From assembly GCF_037042905.1 (NCBI RefSeq), contig NC_087245.1, positions 2,792,001 to 2,856,000 of the forward strand: a stretch of DNA of 64,000 nt, given 5' to 3'. Shown piece after piece: positions 51,133 to 64,000 of the stretch. How positions within the stretch are numbered: the stretch's first letter is position 1; the number at the start of each line of letters is the position of its first letter. The translations under genes and the position numbers were made by a program. The notes below the pieces were generated by a model. That model searched no databases. It was not told where the DNA came from and saw nothing but the letters and a program-made list of their open reading frames with translations. This DNA comes from Lytechinus pictus (taxonomy: Eukaryota).

Positions 51133-54100
51133 TTGTTTAATTTGGGTTGGTTTGGCAAGTTGGTCATGTTGGTGGAAATATGGCCTAACGATAATGCCAA
51201 ACCATTAAAAAAAAACATGTTTCATGTGTGTGTCATGCAAATGCACGTCTAATGCTCATTTTAAAATCTGAAAACCAACTGAACCACATCTCAAGAATTC
51301 GGGCCTTGGCTTGAAACCTGATCTTTTTCAAGTGAACTAAAATAAAAGTTGTGTTAATGTTGACGATGTCAAAGAGATTCTTTAAAAGAAATGTACGTTG
51401 TATTGTTTGAGGCATATGCTGCTTGCATATCTCACTCTTCTTACTTCTTTATCAATTTTCAAATTCTCCTCCCCTTCTCTTTTTCTTCCTACGTAATTAC
51501 GGTGTCAAAAATCAAACACCATAATAAATTACAACGCTTGACCAACATTGTAAAACCTGGGTATAACAAATCGACGTTTAAACATCGGTCATTCCCGACC
51601 TTTCGTTGGAGAATGCGAACGCTTATTTACGACGTTAGTTGATTTTGGAAGAGACTTTTGGGCCCGTCGTCATGGTCGTAAAACTCTGTCCTGCAATGCA
51701 AATTGTGTGACATGAGATTTTTTTCGTTTCGCATCAGCAACGGAAACATTCAATATGCGTTTCGTGTGCAAAATTCTGGTTGCTACTATGGTAACAGCGA
51801 TATATCCGATCTAGGACGACTTTCCAAAGCCACATTTGGTTCCTCCCAGAGCTCGAGAGGCCGCCCGGGGGGCCCACTTCCATTGAAGAGTGGATACCAG
51901 GCGCGACCACATGTAAAAAGGGAAAGAGTGGGCAAGTACGTTACGTATAGGCCTATGTAACGTTATAAGGGTGTCAAAAACGATGTTTAAAGATACTGAA
52001 AAGGAGGATATGTTTTCAATACTTGTAGGGTTTCACAAGCTAAATACTTGTTAAGAGATGCATTTTCATAATCTAGAAAAGCCTTGCTTCCCTTGTTTAG
52101 GGTGCTTTGCGAAACCCCATGGTCGTGCCTGGTATCCACTCATCAATGGAAGTGGTCCCCCCGGGAATTCGAATCTAATCCCCATTTCTGGGGAAAGTAA
52201 AACATAAAGCCCATTACATTATTGTGTGCTAGAGGCATATCGTTTGTGTAGGCGTAAACAAAAGAAAAAACGTCAGACGTATACATGCTGTGTACATAAT
52301 CAACGCATGCGAAATGGTTTCGGCTGGAGAGGTGATTTGACCCATGGAATCAATTGCCAGAGATCCTCCAATAATCCACATTAAATGCAATATCGATTCG
52401 ATGGACTGTAATGATCTATATCTAAGCCTTAATTCAGTAACTTTTTCCTCACTCAATATGTACTCGATTTGTTTGAAAAACCACTTTCTTATCCATGTCA
52501 TAATCTATCGTAGGTCCTGCATTTCGAATATCTCCAGCCATCAGTCGTAATGTACATGCATGTATGGTGCGGGTGTCGCGGGAAAGAATTTTGCACACGA
52601 AAAGCAGATCTGTAGGGCCTGTAACCCCCCTGTAACACAAAGCTTAGCATTGATTGTAGAGCAGTTTTCTACGTTTGATTCTATTGACTATAATGTAAAA
52701 TCAATCTTAAAAATCAAGTGTATGATTAGGCGTTAACTTTTGTGTTAGGGGACCCTAATATTAGCGTCCGTGATGATTGCGAAAGGTGGCTATTAACTGA
52801 CAACGCAATCGTCACATTATATTGAAATATCAAGTTGGTTCACATGATACCATCTCTTATTGCTTCAGACAAAATTGCCGTTTTCAACTACAGTTTTGGT
52901 TAGTAGATTCATACAATTAGCTTGCCCAAGAGGGGTTGCTTTGATGAGCTCCATCAATAGCTAAGTCGGAAAGATAGGGGGCCTTTGTAAAGCAGTTTTA
53001 TCTTGAGAGGAGGCTATTGGTGCGGTAGTCAAAACGGAATCATTAATAATAACGTTACAGTGTAACTATCTATTATTGCTACTTTAAAAGGTTTTTGAAG
53101 CCATGTGCTTATTAATCAACGAGTATGGTTTCACAACCAAATACAAGACAAAGGTCTTTATATACTGTTTCCAACATTACATGACATGAACTATGCAGTA
53201 AAGTGGCCATTAATATTGTCCCAGTAGGATGAAAACAAATGAATTCTCCTTTTAAGGATGACTGCCTAAAAACCTGAATTATTTGTTGTAATTGGATGAT
53301 AATTAATAAATTCAAATTCAAATTGTTTTATTCTCTCAGTAAAACCTTACATAAAACAAATACAATACAAAATTAAAATACAGTATTACAAATCGGTGAA
53401 CAAGACAGCCTAAAAATTGCATTATGGTTCAGAATAAGTGTATAGAGACTATAGACCCACTCACTGTTGGATAAAATGTAAAGAGGATCAATATCGAGTA
53501 TGTTTGTGCTGTCAAATTCCTGCGAATAATACTGGTTGATTCTTGTGTTGATGGATTCATTGTAGAGAAGATGATCATAATTTTCGATGTTTTAATAAAA
53601 TCTTCAAACTTGTAAAATACTCTTATTCCATTTGTCTTTTCCCCTATCTGAAAGAACAAGAGAAGGAAGAGACTATCACTAATTGTCAGTTGGTTTATAG
53701 ATTAACCATGGAGGGAGAGAGAGAGAGCAGGTAGTATGAGCGGGGCGGGAGAGATTCTTTACCAACCACCTATGACGACAAAATAAATGTCGTGACAACA
53801 GTTGATGTCCCATGCATGTAACCAAATCTTTTAAACCATTTTTAATAATAACAATAATGCTGATGATACTACAGTACTATTACTAAGCGGGGTGCTGAGG
53901 GTGGTATGGTATGCAAAGTGGGAAAATATAAGGAGAATTATCCACATTTTGTAGTGAACCCCTTTTTTTTCTTGTCAAATTTGTTATTTGTCTGTTTCCT
54001 AAGTTGATATTTGTCAGCAGTGCTACATGTGGGAGTGATATGCTTCCGAGCAACAGCTATTCATTATGCTTTGATCATCCCTGACTAGCATGTAGCGCTG

Positions 54101-54299
54101 CTCCATTTGTTTTTACCATGTATAATGTCATCTATGGTTGTATCATGATTTGGTCAAATAAATAATAATAATTTGGGGCTTGTCAAATTTACTTCAGCAC
54201 CCCCAGCAAAAAAAAATCCTTCCCATGGCCCTGTACTACTACTACTACTACTACCACTACTACTATTAGTACTACTTCTACTAATGCTACTTCTACTAG

Positions 54300-54337
<38 letters not shown>

Positions 54338-54518
54338 GTACTACTACTACTACTACTACTACTACAATTACTACTCCTCCTAATAACAATAATAATTAAT
54401 ATGAATAATGATAATTAATAAATAATATAATATATAAATAATATATATATATATGTATGTATATATATATAAATATATATATACATGAATACATATGTAT
54501 ATATATCATTTATTTATA

Positions 54519-54591
<73 letters not shown>

Positions 54592-55159
54592 GTGAGAAAT
54601 CATACATGTAAAACAGCATTGCAACTCTCGTATTAATTTAAACATGCTGTGAAAGAAATGAATTAAGAGAACAATGGTAGGCGTAGCTTAAATCAACGTT
54701 CCCCAGAGCTATCTACCCTTTGGAAAAAATTGGTGATGCCGAAAAAATGTCTCTGCCTGGAATCGAGTCCGGACCTCCAGCTTTGAACGCCGGTGGATTA
54801 ACCACTAGACCACAGAGACGGGTTAGTGGCTAGGGCGACCCCGATCTGATTGACCGTTAGATAAACAGATTTCGATACCACCAATTAAATTTCCTTCGTC
54901 GGGTGTAGGTGAGTTTTGAACAATGACAAGCCGACATGTAAAATGTTTCCAAGGTAATTGGTTATATACCAGCTTGGCGTTTACCAGCAAAAAATGCTGT
55001 CCTGCCGAGTTCCTACGGTAGTTACCACAAACAGGAACAGAAACCGGGACAGAAACATGCCTCAGGTGGATCAAGCTATCAAGGTGGATCAAGCTATTGC
55101 TGAGATACAGTACATGTATGGGACAAATTATATGTAAGACGTAGCTTTCGTATTAAATT

Positions 55160-55199
55160 GGCAAGCTTTCGGCCGTTCGTCATCGGGCTTTCATCAGGC
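55160..55199 (-). ncRNA. Degenerate minimal hammerhead ribozyme motif
   Basis: The minus strand reads GGC-CUGAUGA-AAGCC...GGCC-GAAA-GCUU-GCC: both core boxes, palindromic AAGCUU stem III, but only a 3-bp stem I. Confidence 0.4.
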
Positions 55200-56320
55200 C
55201 TATATACATGCACATTGAAACAAACAAAACAGAACAAAAACCATGCAAATAAAGTCGTAATAACAAAATAGTAATTGCAAGGTAACAAAAAATACTAAGT
55301 ACTCAGCTAACAAATATGATGATACAAGTATAGGGTCTACAATAGTCCTATAAATTATTTTTTTGATTCGTTTTAAAAATGCGTTAAATTAGTAAAATAA
55401 TTTCAAAAGTAGTTAATTCATCCTTTCAAAATGTTATGCTCTTTCATAAAAAAAAAGCTTGTGCATCGCCTATCAAATGGGGGGGGGGGGGGGGGGGAGC
55501 TTGGATTAACAAATACAAATGCGAACAGCATCATATCAAGAAGTTCCAGGCAACCGTATTCAAAGATACACACGCGCTAAATACGCGTCATCATCACCGT
55601 GAAAATAATTCTGAAAACCTTATTTTCACCTTTAATTACGATATGTCACTTTGTGACGACGTTTATTTTTAGTGTTTGGTAATCACAAAGTCTAAGCTAT
55701 CAATCATTGGTTAATTATTCATGATCATCATTTCAAAATGAATGTTTCTGATAGTGGAGCTTGAGATCCCAACTGACAGCAATAGGTTTGTCTTCAGTAC
55801 TATAATTGGAATGGTGTTTCAAAATTGTCATCTGTCACGTTGCATATTACTTGTATATGAAATCATTCAATTTTAAAAAGGGGAATATTGTACAACAAAA
55901 ATAGTAGAAAGAATCCTTCTATAAATTGTAATTGAAAATTACGCAATGGGAGGGATAACATAAATTATGTCTCTTGAAAAAGGAGAGATTGCCATTCTTT
56001 TACAGTAAGTCGTTACTTTTCATACCAAATGATATTTATTTTGTTTCATTTCACTGAGTGTTTCTTGAATAAAAAATGTCCTCATTTTGAATGAAAGATC
56101 TGTTTTTCTTACTTTTGAATCTTGAAGCCGCAAAGTTTACTAACTGGACTAAAGGCGTCATTGTGTAGTGGTTCTGTCCCATATCACTTGAGTAATGGGT
56201 TCATATCCTAATGTGGGTGTTAATTTCTTTCAATTACGCTTCACTCATGAAGTAACGGGGAGTGGGACGGGGCAGAAAAGTATTCATTGAAATGCAGGAT
56301 TGCGTCACGGCTGCACTGTA

Positions 56321-56800
56321 TAGACCAGTTCGTAGTTACTCATGGACAATTTTGGTCATATGACCTTTCATTTCTTTCATTATGATAGGCAGATGTCAAA
56401 GCAAGATATTACGTAAGCTTGCCTTACATAGCAGGATGAAGAAATTGAATAGACCAGGTGACTAGAATAGCACACCAATGAACACTTTATGAAGGTATTT
56501 GCTGCATTCCTATTTTGAATGCAAGTCATATCATGTTGCACAATGTACTTGGCAAACTGTGAAATACCAGTCGTTCGTGGACGCATTGTTGTTTTTAGTG
56601 GATGTAAATGAAAAATAAAGAATATATGAATAATCAAGACATCAAAGTTGGTGCTTATCTCATTAGATTTTAAACCACCATGTCACTTTAGTACAAATGA
56701 CCTTCCTCTGATCATGCGTATAATCTTTTGATCATGCGCAGAAAGGAACTACGAACTGGTTTAATAAGCCAGTTCGTAGTTCCTTTCTGCGCATGATCAA
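56321..56800. mobile_element. MITE with an adjacent inverted partial end
   Basis: TAGACCAGTTCGTAGTT...AACTACGAACTGGTTTA, immediately followed by CCAGTTCGTAGTTCCTTTCTGCGCATGATCAA. Confidence 0.65.
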
Positions 56801-57071
56801 GAGAATGCTTCTGATAAAATGAATAATAATTATAGTAAAATTACAGCATTTCTCGAGGCTTTTCTGCAGGTTCTCTTCCGGGAGATTTAAGAGAAAGTTT
56901 TTGTAACAAACTGATATGGGCGCGAAGGCCTAGATATAACCCACGAAGCACCCTCTACATAAGACCATTCATTTTTATAGGTTCGTTGCAATGTAAGTTA
57001 TTCTTATAGCTTAGCACATTCAAATCTTATTTTGGGAATTATTATAATTATATTCATTACATAATCATTAT

Positions 57072-57176
57072 GGCCCGAATTCACAAAGGTGGACTAAAGT
57101 TTATCCGGGGTTAAATTTAGCCCGGGGTTAACTAATACCCGGGTATAACTTTAGTTCACCTTTGTGAATTCGGGCC
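57072..57176. mobile_element. 105-bp palindromic MITE with GGCCC termini
   Basis: GGCCCGAATTCACAAAGGTGGACTAAAGTT...AACTTTAGTTCACCTTTGTGAATTCGGGCC. Confidence 0.8.
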
Positions 57177-58331
57177 TATATCATCGGCTTAAGTCCTGAG
57201 CAGAAAAACGTTGAATTTGAAAGGCACCATCAATAAAATTCAAATCAGACAATGGAGGAGAAAAATCATTTTCACGCCGATCATCTAAAAAACATGATCA
57301 TGAGATAAGTAGGCCGCGTCTTACACCTTTAAATTCAAGTGGTTGATATTAGTTAATGGGACACTTGTATACCAGGCACTTGAGCAGGTCGCTTAGAATA
57401 TTGTCCCGATTTTAACAAGTGGATCACTGTGAAAAAACAAGTTTTTCAATAATTGAATCATTTTGTAAATGTTCATTTTAGGATCCGCTTAAATATTGTG
57501 TATAATCTCTGACTTGGATAATACATTCAATCCTATTTGGACAAGAATGACCTAATTTTCGATATTGATTCCAACAAAATAACTCTGGCATTACAGATTT
57601 CGCTTATGGGAGGGGCGACAAATCTAACCGGACTATGTTCCCTGGAGCATATGGTACCTTCCAAAATCATTTAGATAATGGCAATCATAAGAGGACTCTC
57701 CATCCATTTATATCATGAAATCGATGTAAGGCATGGATTGAAAAGCTTAGCAGCAGCATCTGAGAAGGAGTGAGGAAAATCAAGCATCCGAGCTCTTGAA
57801 AACACAACATAAATAACTCATTCCCATTAGTCTTGTACATAAAGAGAACAAATGCTTGACAACAGCCGCCTTGCTTTGATATAACCTCGAGAGACTGATT
57901 CTGACTGATTCTGGTCTATTTTCATTCTTGTCACGCTCAAGTTCAGATCTTCAAGACTGTTTCCTCTCGACTGGTTTTCTATAAAGTGGATGTTGAGTTC
58001 GTGCTGTTTATGTGTATATTTATGTGATATTCTAGAAATGTATTGATTGAGGATGTCAACGCAAACTTTCTTCTTGACCATGATGACTTGACTTTCAAAG
58101 TTACTGCATCATTGAACAAGAAAATGCACATATATCCTCTGTGGAGGAAATTTAATCGTTTGGGGCCAACATGTATTAGAACGGAATATGATAAATAAAC
58201 TCCTTTTTCTGATGTCCTCTTTAATGGTGATTCTCCAATTTCTTAGACAAAAATGAAATAGGCGTGAAAGAAATTTGTACAGCATTTTGAATCGATATTT
58301 CCTCAAACCTTGATGAATGTTATAAAGCACA

Positions 58332-59402
58332 ATGGGAAGTGTCGGTCCTGTAACACCTGAAGCCTTCCCTTCGGTTTTGTCAACTGAACCGATGCCACAG
58401 CAATTCCCAAAGTGGTGTCTGACCTTGGTTCACTTCTTGATGGGTACCATGACCGCTCTCAATTCCATTGGATTCGGTATAATCGTTTTCGGCAGCATTA
58501 AGTTCAAGATGGAGCTAACACCAAGTCAGATAATTACTTTGTCTCTGGGACTTGGTCAGATCGCCCTCGACGTCATCATGCTGGTATGCCTTCCGTATGT
58601 CCTTGATGTCTGTAGGCTAGAAACGCATGTAGAAATCCTTTGCAGATTGGCATTTCTCATCGGATTCGGCTCCAATGTCTTCCTACACACCATCATCCAT
58701 TCATTGGACCTGTGTTTCAAGATTCGCAATCCGTTCACGTACCTCCGAAAAATGACAGAAAAGCGGGCCTTAATTCTTGTCATATTTTCGTGGGTGATAT
58801 GTCCTTGTACTGGACTTGCCATGGTTCAATTCATTCACTTCAACGACGATCTTACCAAAATTGAGTGCCCTGTAGTGGGCATTGAACTCAAGTATAAGAT
58901 ACCTTTCTTGTTTTTCATGAACAGTATCATCGTCATATTACTTCTTCTGGTGGTTGTCCCTACACTACTGGTCGTCCGTACTGCCAGAAAGCATGCTCGC
59001 AAGATAAAACACCAGGAGGAAATCCTTCACGGAGTGTACGAGAGAAATGTTGCATGCCACGATGACGATGTCCGCAGAATGAATCGTATGATTGCTAAGA
59101 AGAATTGTCTTGCGCGTCCGACTTCAGGAAAGGCCATCACAGACTTCCTCTTCTTTGTTTCGTGTTTCATTACAGCCTGGATAGCCATACTTTTCGGCAT
59201 TGACATCGTCGTCCTAAGCGATGAGGACATTATTCACAAGATAAACGTCCTAACTGGACTGATTATTCTGCTCTACAACCAATGCGCCATTGGCATCTTG
59301 ATTTACACACTTCGGCAACCTCATTGTAGGAAAATCAGACAACTCTTAAAGAAAAGCGTTAGTAAATATTCAATGCGCCTCCGTGGCTATTTCAAAGATT
59401 AG
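58332..59402 (+). CDS. Single-exon class A GPCR, 356 aa, paralogue of the other two
   Basis: Seven hydrophobic segments; DLC...NPFTYLRKMTEKR, ARKHA, AWI and GILIYTLRQP. The start codon is in a favourable ACAATGG context. Confidence 0.9.
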   Translation: MGSVGPVTPEAFPSVLSTEPMPQQFPKWCLTLVHFLMGTMTALNSIGFGIIVFGSIKFKMELTPSQIITLSLGLGQIALDVIMLVCLPYVLDVCRLETHVEILCRLAFLIGFGSNVFLHTIIHSLDLCFKIRNPFTYLRKMTEKRALILVIFSWVICPCTGLAMVQFIHFNDDLTKIECPVVGIELKYKIPFLFFMNSIIVILLLLVVVPTLLVVRTARKHARKIKHQEEILHGVYERNVACHDDDVRRMNRMIAKKNCLARPTSGKAITDFLFFVSCFITAWIAILFGIDIVVLSDEDIIHKINVLTGLIILLYNQCAIGILIYTLRQPHCRKIRQLLKKSVSKYSMRLRGYFKD

Positions 59403-59996
59403 GCACATGCAAAAAAAAGCCAACAAAGTATTCACATCCTCATAGAAAGTTTCATTCATTAATTGTGGGTAATAAAAGAATATGTAAAACATAGTTGTCA
59501 TATTCATATTCACCAGGTAAAAAGTTACAATTATCCTTGAGGTGCCTGCCAATTTCACCGAAAAGGAATTTTGTTTTGTTTTGTATTGTGTATTCGTAAT
59601 ACCACATTATTTCATACATGCTACAAGAAAAAAAAATCGACTACCCGAAACGCAAAGAATGGCATTTCGTTCAACAAATGAAAATTTAAATCTTGATAAC
59701 TTTGTTATTCCTAGTTGCCAAAACTTTCAATAACTGGCTTCTATATATCTCAAATTGTTATCATGAAGTGGTCAGCAGCCATTGAAATTCAAGGGTAAGG
59801 TCATTATCATCAGGGAGAAGTTACCAACTTATGCAATTGGACCATTTCATTATTTTACTCTAGTGTGGAAGAGGCTATATACTATCAGCTCTTTTTGTCA
59901 TCTCGCTTATTGTGTCTCACCTAGTGATAATAATGATGATGTCATGATGATAATAATAATGATAATAATAATAAATAGTAATAATGTAATAATAGA

Positions 59997-60230
59997 ATGA
60001 TGAAGAAGCTAAATCAACCCAGAAAAATTGTAGAACGCTTATTAGGCTTAGACTTACCTTCCCTTGATGACCTCTACCTTGAGAGAGTCGCTTCTAAACT
60101 AAAACAGATTATGCAGGACCTCACCCACCCACTCTACGATAATGTTACTTTCAACTCTTCAGACATTCGTCTATGTACGCCATGCACACTAAAAACCCGT
60201 TTGGGGCAATCATTGACTGTATGTTATAAA
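59997..60230 (+). mobile_element. Non-LTR retrotransposon C-terminal fragment
   Basis: RLLGLDLPSLDDLYLERVASKLKQIMQDLTHPL resembles the LPSL..LY...I..D..HP tail of LINE ORF2 proteins. Confidence 0.6.
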
Positions 60231-61715
60231 TATATAGTCTTAAAATATACGTTTTCAGATGTCTACTTATACTACAGAGAATGAATTGACATATAATTGT
60301 ATTTGTGTAGAGAAACTAAATGTTTTGAGAGGAAAAGTAATTGTTTTGCTACATGGTAACATAATTATTGCGGTATAAATATATTGAGTAGATATTAGCA
60401 TGTTATCATTCAAGTGGGTCTATATTACTACACTAGCATTACGGGTCAGGAAACTGGCCATGTACGAGTAGTTGAGGACTCGTTATAGCGCTTTTAGTTC
60501 GTACCTGCTTTAACACTCAAGTCTGTGTCTCGCCCGTAATTAATTAGTACCCTACTCTTTTGATTATTGATAATCACGATAGATAGCTTTGACTATTCAT
60601 GTATAGATTCTTTAAGAATCAGACATACCACTCTTGCACTTTCCTTACTCTCTATTACAATTACAATTGCACTTGCATCAGCTTCGATCCATTATTTATC
60701 TTACCGATAACTACAGTACATGTACATGTAAAATACCCCTTTTCCACTCGGGCCAGGACAGTGTTAGGACAAGGCCCGGAATATAATAATTGTAATCCGC
60801 GACCCTTCCGCAACCTGACCGGACATTCCTGGGAGTATCCGCACGCTGTCCGCATCCAAATTTTGGTCTCGATCAAAATTTGGACGCGGATATTGAATTC
60901 CTGACACCTTCGGGACCTTCTCCTGACGATGTCCTGATGATGTTCCGCCCTTCCTAAACCTTTCCGCGTCTTCCGGAAACTATCCGCAATCAGGTCAGCT
61001 TCAGGAAGCAAAGAAGAAGCCATGCGGAATGTTTCAGGAACGTGCGGATTGGAATAAGAAGGCAAGCGGACTGTTTCAGGAACGTGCGGACAGGAATAAG
61101 AAGGCAAGCGGAACGTATCAGGAATGTGTGGATCCAATACAAATATGTGTGGAACACAAATAGCAAAAGCCATTCGTGGTCAGTGCGCTAAAGGGGCAAC
61201 GGGACATAATACAAGACAAAAAAAAAAAAAAAAAAGTAACGAAGAACGGGGTCAAGGGGCCTAATTAGTATATCACTAAACAAACCTGAAAACTTAATAT
61301 TTCAAGCAGTGTTTTAAACATATCACGCGAGCGCGAAGCGCGAGTTGATATTTTTTTTTTTTTTTTTGGGGGGGGTTACAGACTTGAAGGAGGAATATTT
61401 CAAGCATTTTCTACTGATCCGAAAGTAGACATTTCAAATATTTATTTCATTAGTTAAGCTGGTATTAAATGATGCGAGCAGATTTGTTCTATACTGAACA
61501 AAAATGACGTTTCGAGCAACGTTTAATTATGAACTAGATTATTTTAATGTACTCGACTGAAATTAGGACCGTTTAGGCAGCACTTGACTTTACGAGTGGG
61601 AAAAATATCTTAACAAAATTAATAGTGCAGGCATACATTTCAAACTGAAATTCAAGATTATATTCTTACTGCATTTTAAGCACTTTATTTGATCGTGATT
61701 GAGATACGTATGTCA

Positions 61716-62079
61716 TTAATAATAATAATAACAATAATGATAGCTAGTTTTTATATATCGCTTTTCTCAGAACGGCCCAAAGCGTTTTACAGCATATTAT
61801 TACCAAAGTCATTGGATTCATTTCAATCCCGCATGAAAAGTGCACAATTTCCACTCCTTAAGAAGCATCTCTTGCATTCATCGCAGCCTCAAAATGGCGC
61901 CGGCAGATTCAAGCATACAATAACTTTTGCATCATGCCGGGTACCCATGTAGCACCTGGGTCGAGAGTGGCAAAGTGTGGATTACGCCTTGCCAAAGGAC
62001 GCTATATAGACCGCGGTGGGATTCGAACACATGACCCTCTGTTTACAAGGCGACAGTCAGAACCACTATACCACGGCTC
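61716..62079 (-). mobile_element. tRNA-derived SINE with (ATT)n tail
   Basis: Minus-strand A-box TGGTATAGTGG and B-box GTTCGAATCC; the core is related to the SINE at 41328. Confidence 0.8.
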
Positions 62080-62699
62080 TTTAACAAAAACGAATAGGCC
62101 TTCGTGAAAAAAACATCTTGCACAGGACATCTTTCTGATAAACATAAAACGTGAGCACGAGCTTATCTCTTTCTATTTTGTCCTGAAAATCTAATATTTT
62201 GAGCAATGTTTGTGATCCTGAAGAAGATGCGTATGTAACAAATAATTACTTCGAGCGCGAAGCACGAGCAGAATATTTGTATATACGCTCAGTGTTAGGA
62301 AAACCAACACTTAACATGACTTGAATTCACATCCTGTATAATACAGATTTAAAATAGTATCGTACGGAACGCAGAAAAAGCGGCTTTTTTGGAAACCTCA
62401 AGTTCGTACTCTAAAGTCTGTGAGTTGGACAGATAATTTTTATAAAATCTGAACTCAAATCGATATTCAATTACCCAAGAACAAACAATTATATGAAAGA
62501 AAGCAAAATAAACATTCATGAATAAATAAAGTAAATCAAAATCTCTAAATTGAAGCCAAACTTTCTTACTTTATGTCTCTTTGACTTCTTCAATCACTTT
62601 ATTTGGCTGATGAATGATAATCCTATCAAACTAAAGACATTCATTACGTTAGAAACCGCTATTGGCTCATATTTCTGTCAATATATCATAAACAAAATA

Positions 62700-63892
62700 C
62701 TGTGTCGTACGGGACACATGTGTGTCGTCGTACGGGACACTTGTGTGTCGTACGGGACACTTGTGTGTTGAACAGGCACTTGCGTGTTGTAATGGACAGC
62801 CTGTATAAAACAATGAACTTTGTTTCAATCAGAAAGGGAGCATTGCCTCTAAATTCTTAAAGTAGTTATTCAGGACAATATAATGAAGTAACCTCATTCT
62901 ATCCGTTATATATACAATTGGGAGCAATATATCATAATTTTTTCATGATGGGAAATGTACAATGGTTCACAGCACTTTTAAGAGCTAAAAAACTTGTGGT
63001 TTTGAAGTTATATTTTAGTGAATAAATTGATGGTTTCCAATACACTATATAAACTGTGTTTGTGTAAATTATGGAGCTAAAATGATAGGATTTTTCATAT
63101 AATATTTTTGTGCATGATATATGTCACAACTGTCACTTATAATTCCACAAAATATTTTTTTCTAAAGAAATGCGATTTTACGTTTTTTAACTTTTCTACA
63201 TTTTATAAAAACCATTTGTTTTGTCTTGTTTTCCAGATTATTTTAATAACATGGTTTGTCTTATTTTCCAGATTTTTTGTGAACAACTTGAGAAAAGTAA
63301 GGAGTTTCAATACTATATTTAAAAAATTAGTGATCATCAAGGGAGGTCCAAATAGATGATTGATATGTAAATATTTTGTTTACATCTTATACTAATTTCA
63401 CAAAAGCATACAAGAGGAAATCATCTTCCATGCAAGAGTGAATTAATCATAAAGGTTTTTTTTCATGCTCAAATTGACAAAGAAATTAACCAGCTCTGAC
63501 CAGTGAAAATCACCAGTTTAGCTGAAGGGATTCACAAAAGTATAGGCATACATGAAAGTTAATTAAAATCACCTATTTCATGTTCTATGGAGACAAAAGA
63601 AATACCTATTCAGTTCACTTAATGTCAAACCAATTACTTACATTAAAATAGGCCTACTGTTTATAGTTTCTGAATCCAAATCCTGCAATGAAATGCAGTA
63701 TATATTATTTGTCGTACGGGACAACTTTTAATAGGACAATTATTGAAAAATGAAGGGCAGTAATTAGATCCTTATAGGATAAATCGATCACCCATGGGTT
63801 AAAGATAGAAAAACTGATATTGTAAGATTGCATCATCAAAAATAAAAGTGTAGGAAAAACTTTTGCATCTTCATGTGTCGTACGGGACATTG
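62700..63892. repeat. Repeat element with recurring GTCGTACGGGACA motif
   Basis: The motif occurs three times at 62703-62760 and again at ~63711 and ~63877. Element boundaries are unclear. Confidence 0.5.
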
Positions 63893-64000
63893 CCAAAAAT
63901 AGGTTCGGAAAAATCAGGGCTGCGCCTATTATGGATCATGAAAATGTTGTAGATATTATGTGGAACAATCGATGATACATTATTACATTGACCTGCAATA

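Larger units (their letters stand above)
43730..54913 (+). repeat. Tandem triplication: units 43730-46479, 46480-50701 and 50702-54913
   Basis: The ORF track repeats with an offset of 4222. Each unit begins inside the GPCR at CGAGAAAGCAAGC and ends at GTGTAGGTGAG. Unit 1 lacks ~1.35 kb. Confidence 0.95.

Noticed and set aside
45837..54418. Poly-Leu and poly-Val ORFs (45837, 49951, 49967, 54173, 54189)
   Set aside because: They are translations of (CTA)n microsatellites.
60599..61173. 170-aa and 101-aa ORFs
   Set aside because: They are driven by internal tandem repeats of a probable transposon fragment and show no protein motif.

Overview
AT-rich, repeat-dense animal genomic DNA. The gene and repeat content suggests a sea urchin, but this is inferred. 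The genes are a spliced 87-aa secreted neuropeptide-precursor-like gene (coding exon 8318-8577, stop in a micro-exon at 11266-11319, further 3'UTR exon from 11795) and three intact single-exon rhodopsin-class GPCRs (31319-32323, 43018-44160, 58332-59402) whose DRY and NPxxY motifs are degenerate. A ~4.2-kb tandem triplication adds two 3'-half GPCR copies, and one or two decayed GPCR pseudogenes are probably present. The rest is mostly mobile DNA: CR1/L2-like LINE remnants, tRNA-derived SINEs, TTAA- and TA-flanked MITEs, and a nest containing a solo LTR, a Transib-like element with RSS-like ends and a Helentron-like element. There are also two related ~1.9-kb elements with near-identical 465-470-bp long terminal direct repeats (KolobokP-like), minimal hammerhead ribozyme motifs in (TA)n-associated Penelope-like repeats, and a tRNA-like cassette whose best fold gives a UCA anticodon. 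All alignments and folds were done by eye; family names come from recalled knowledge, not database searches.
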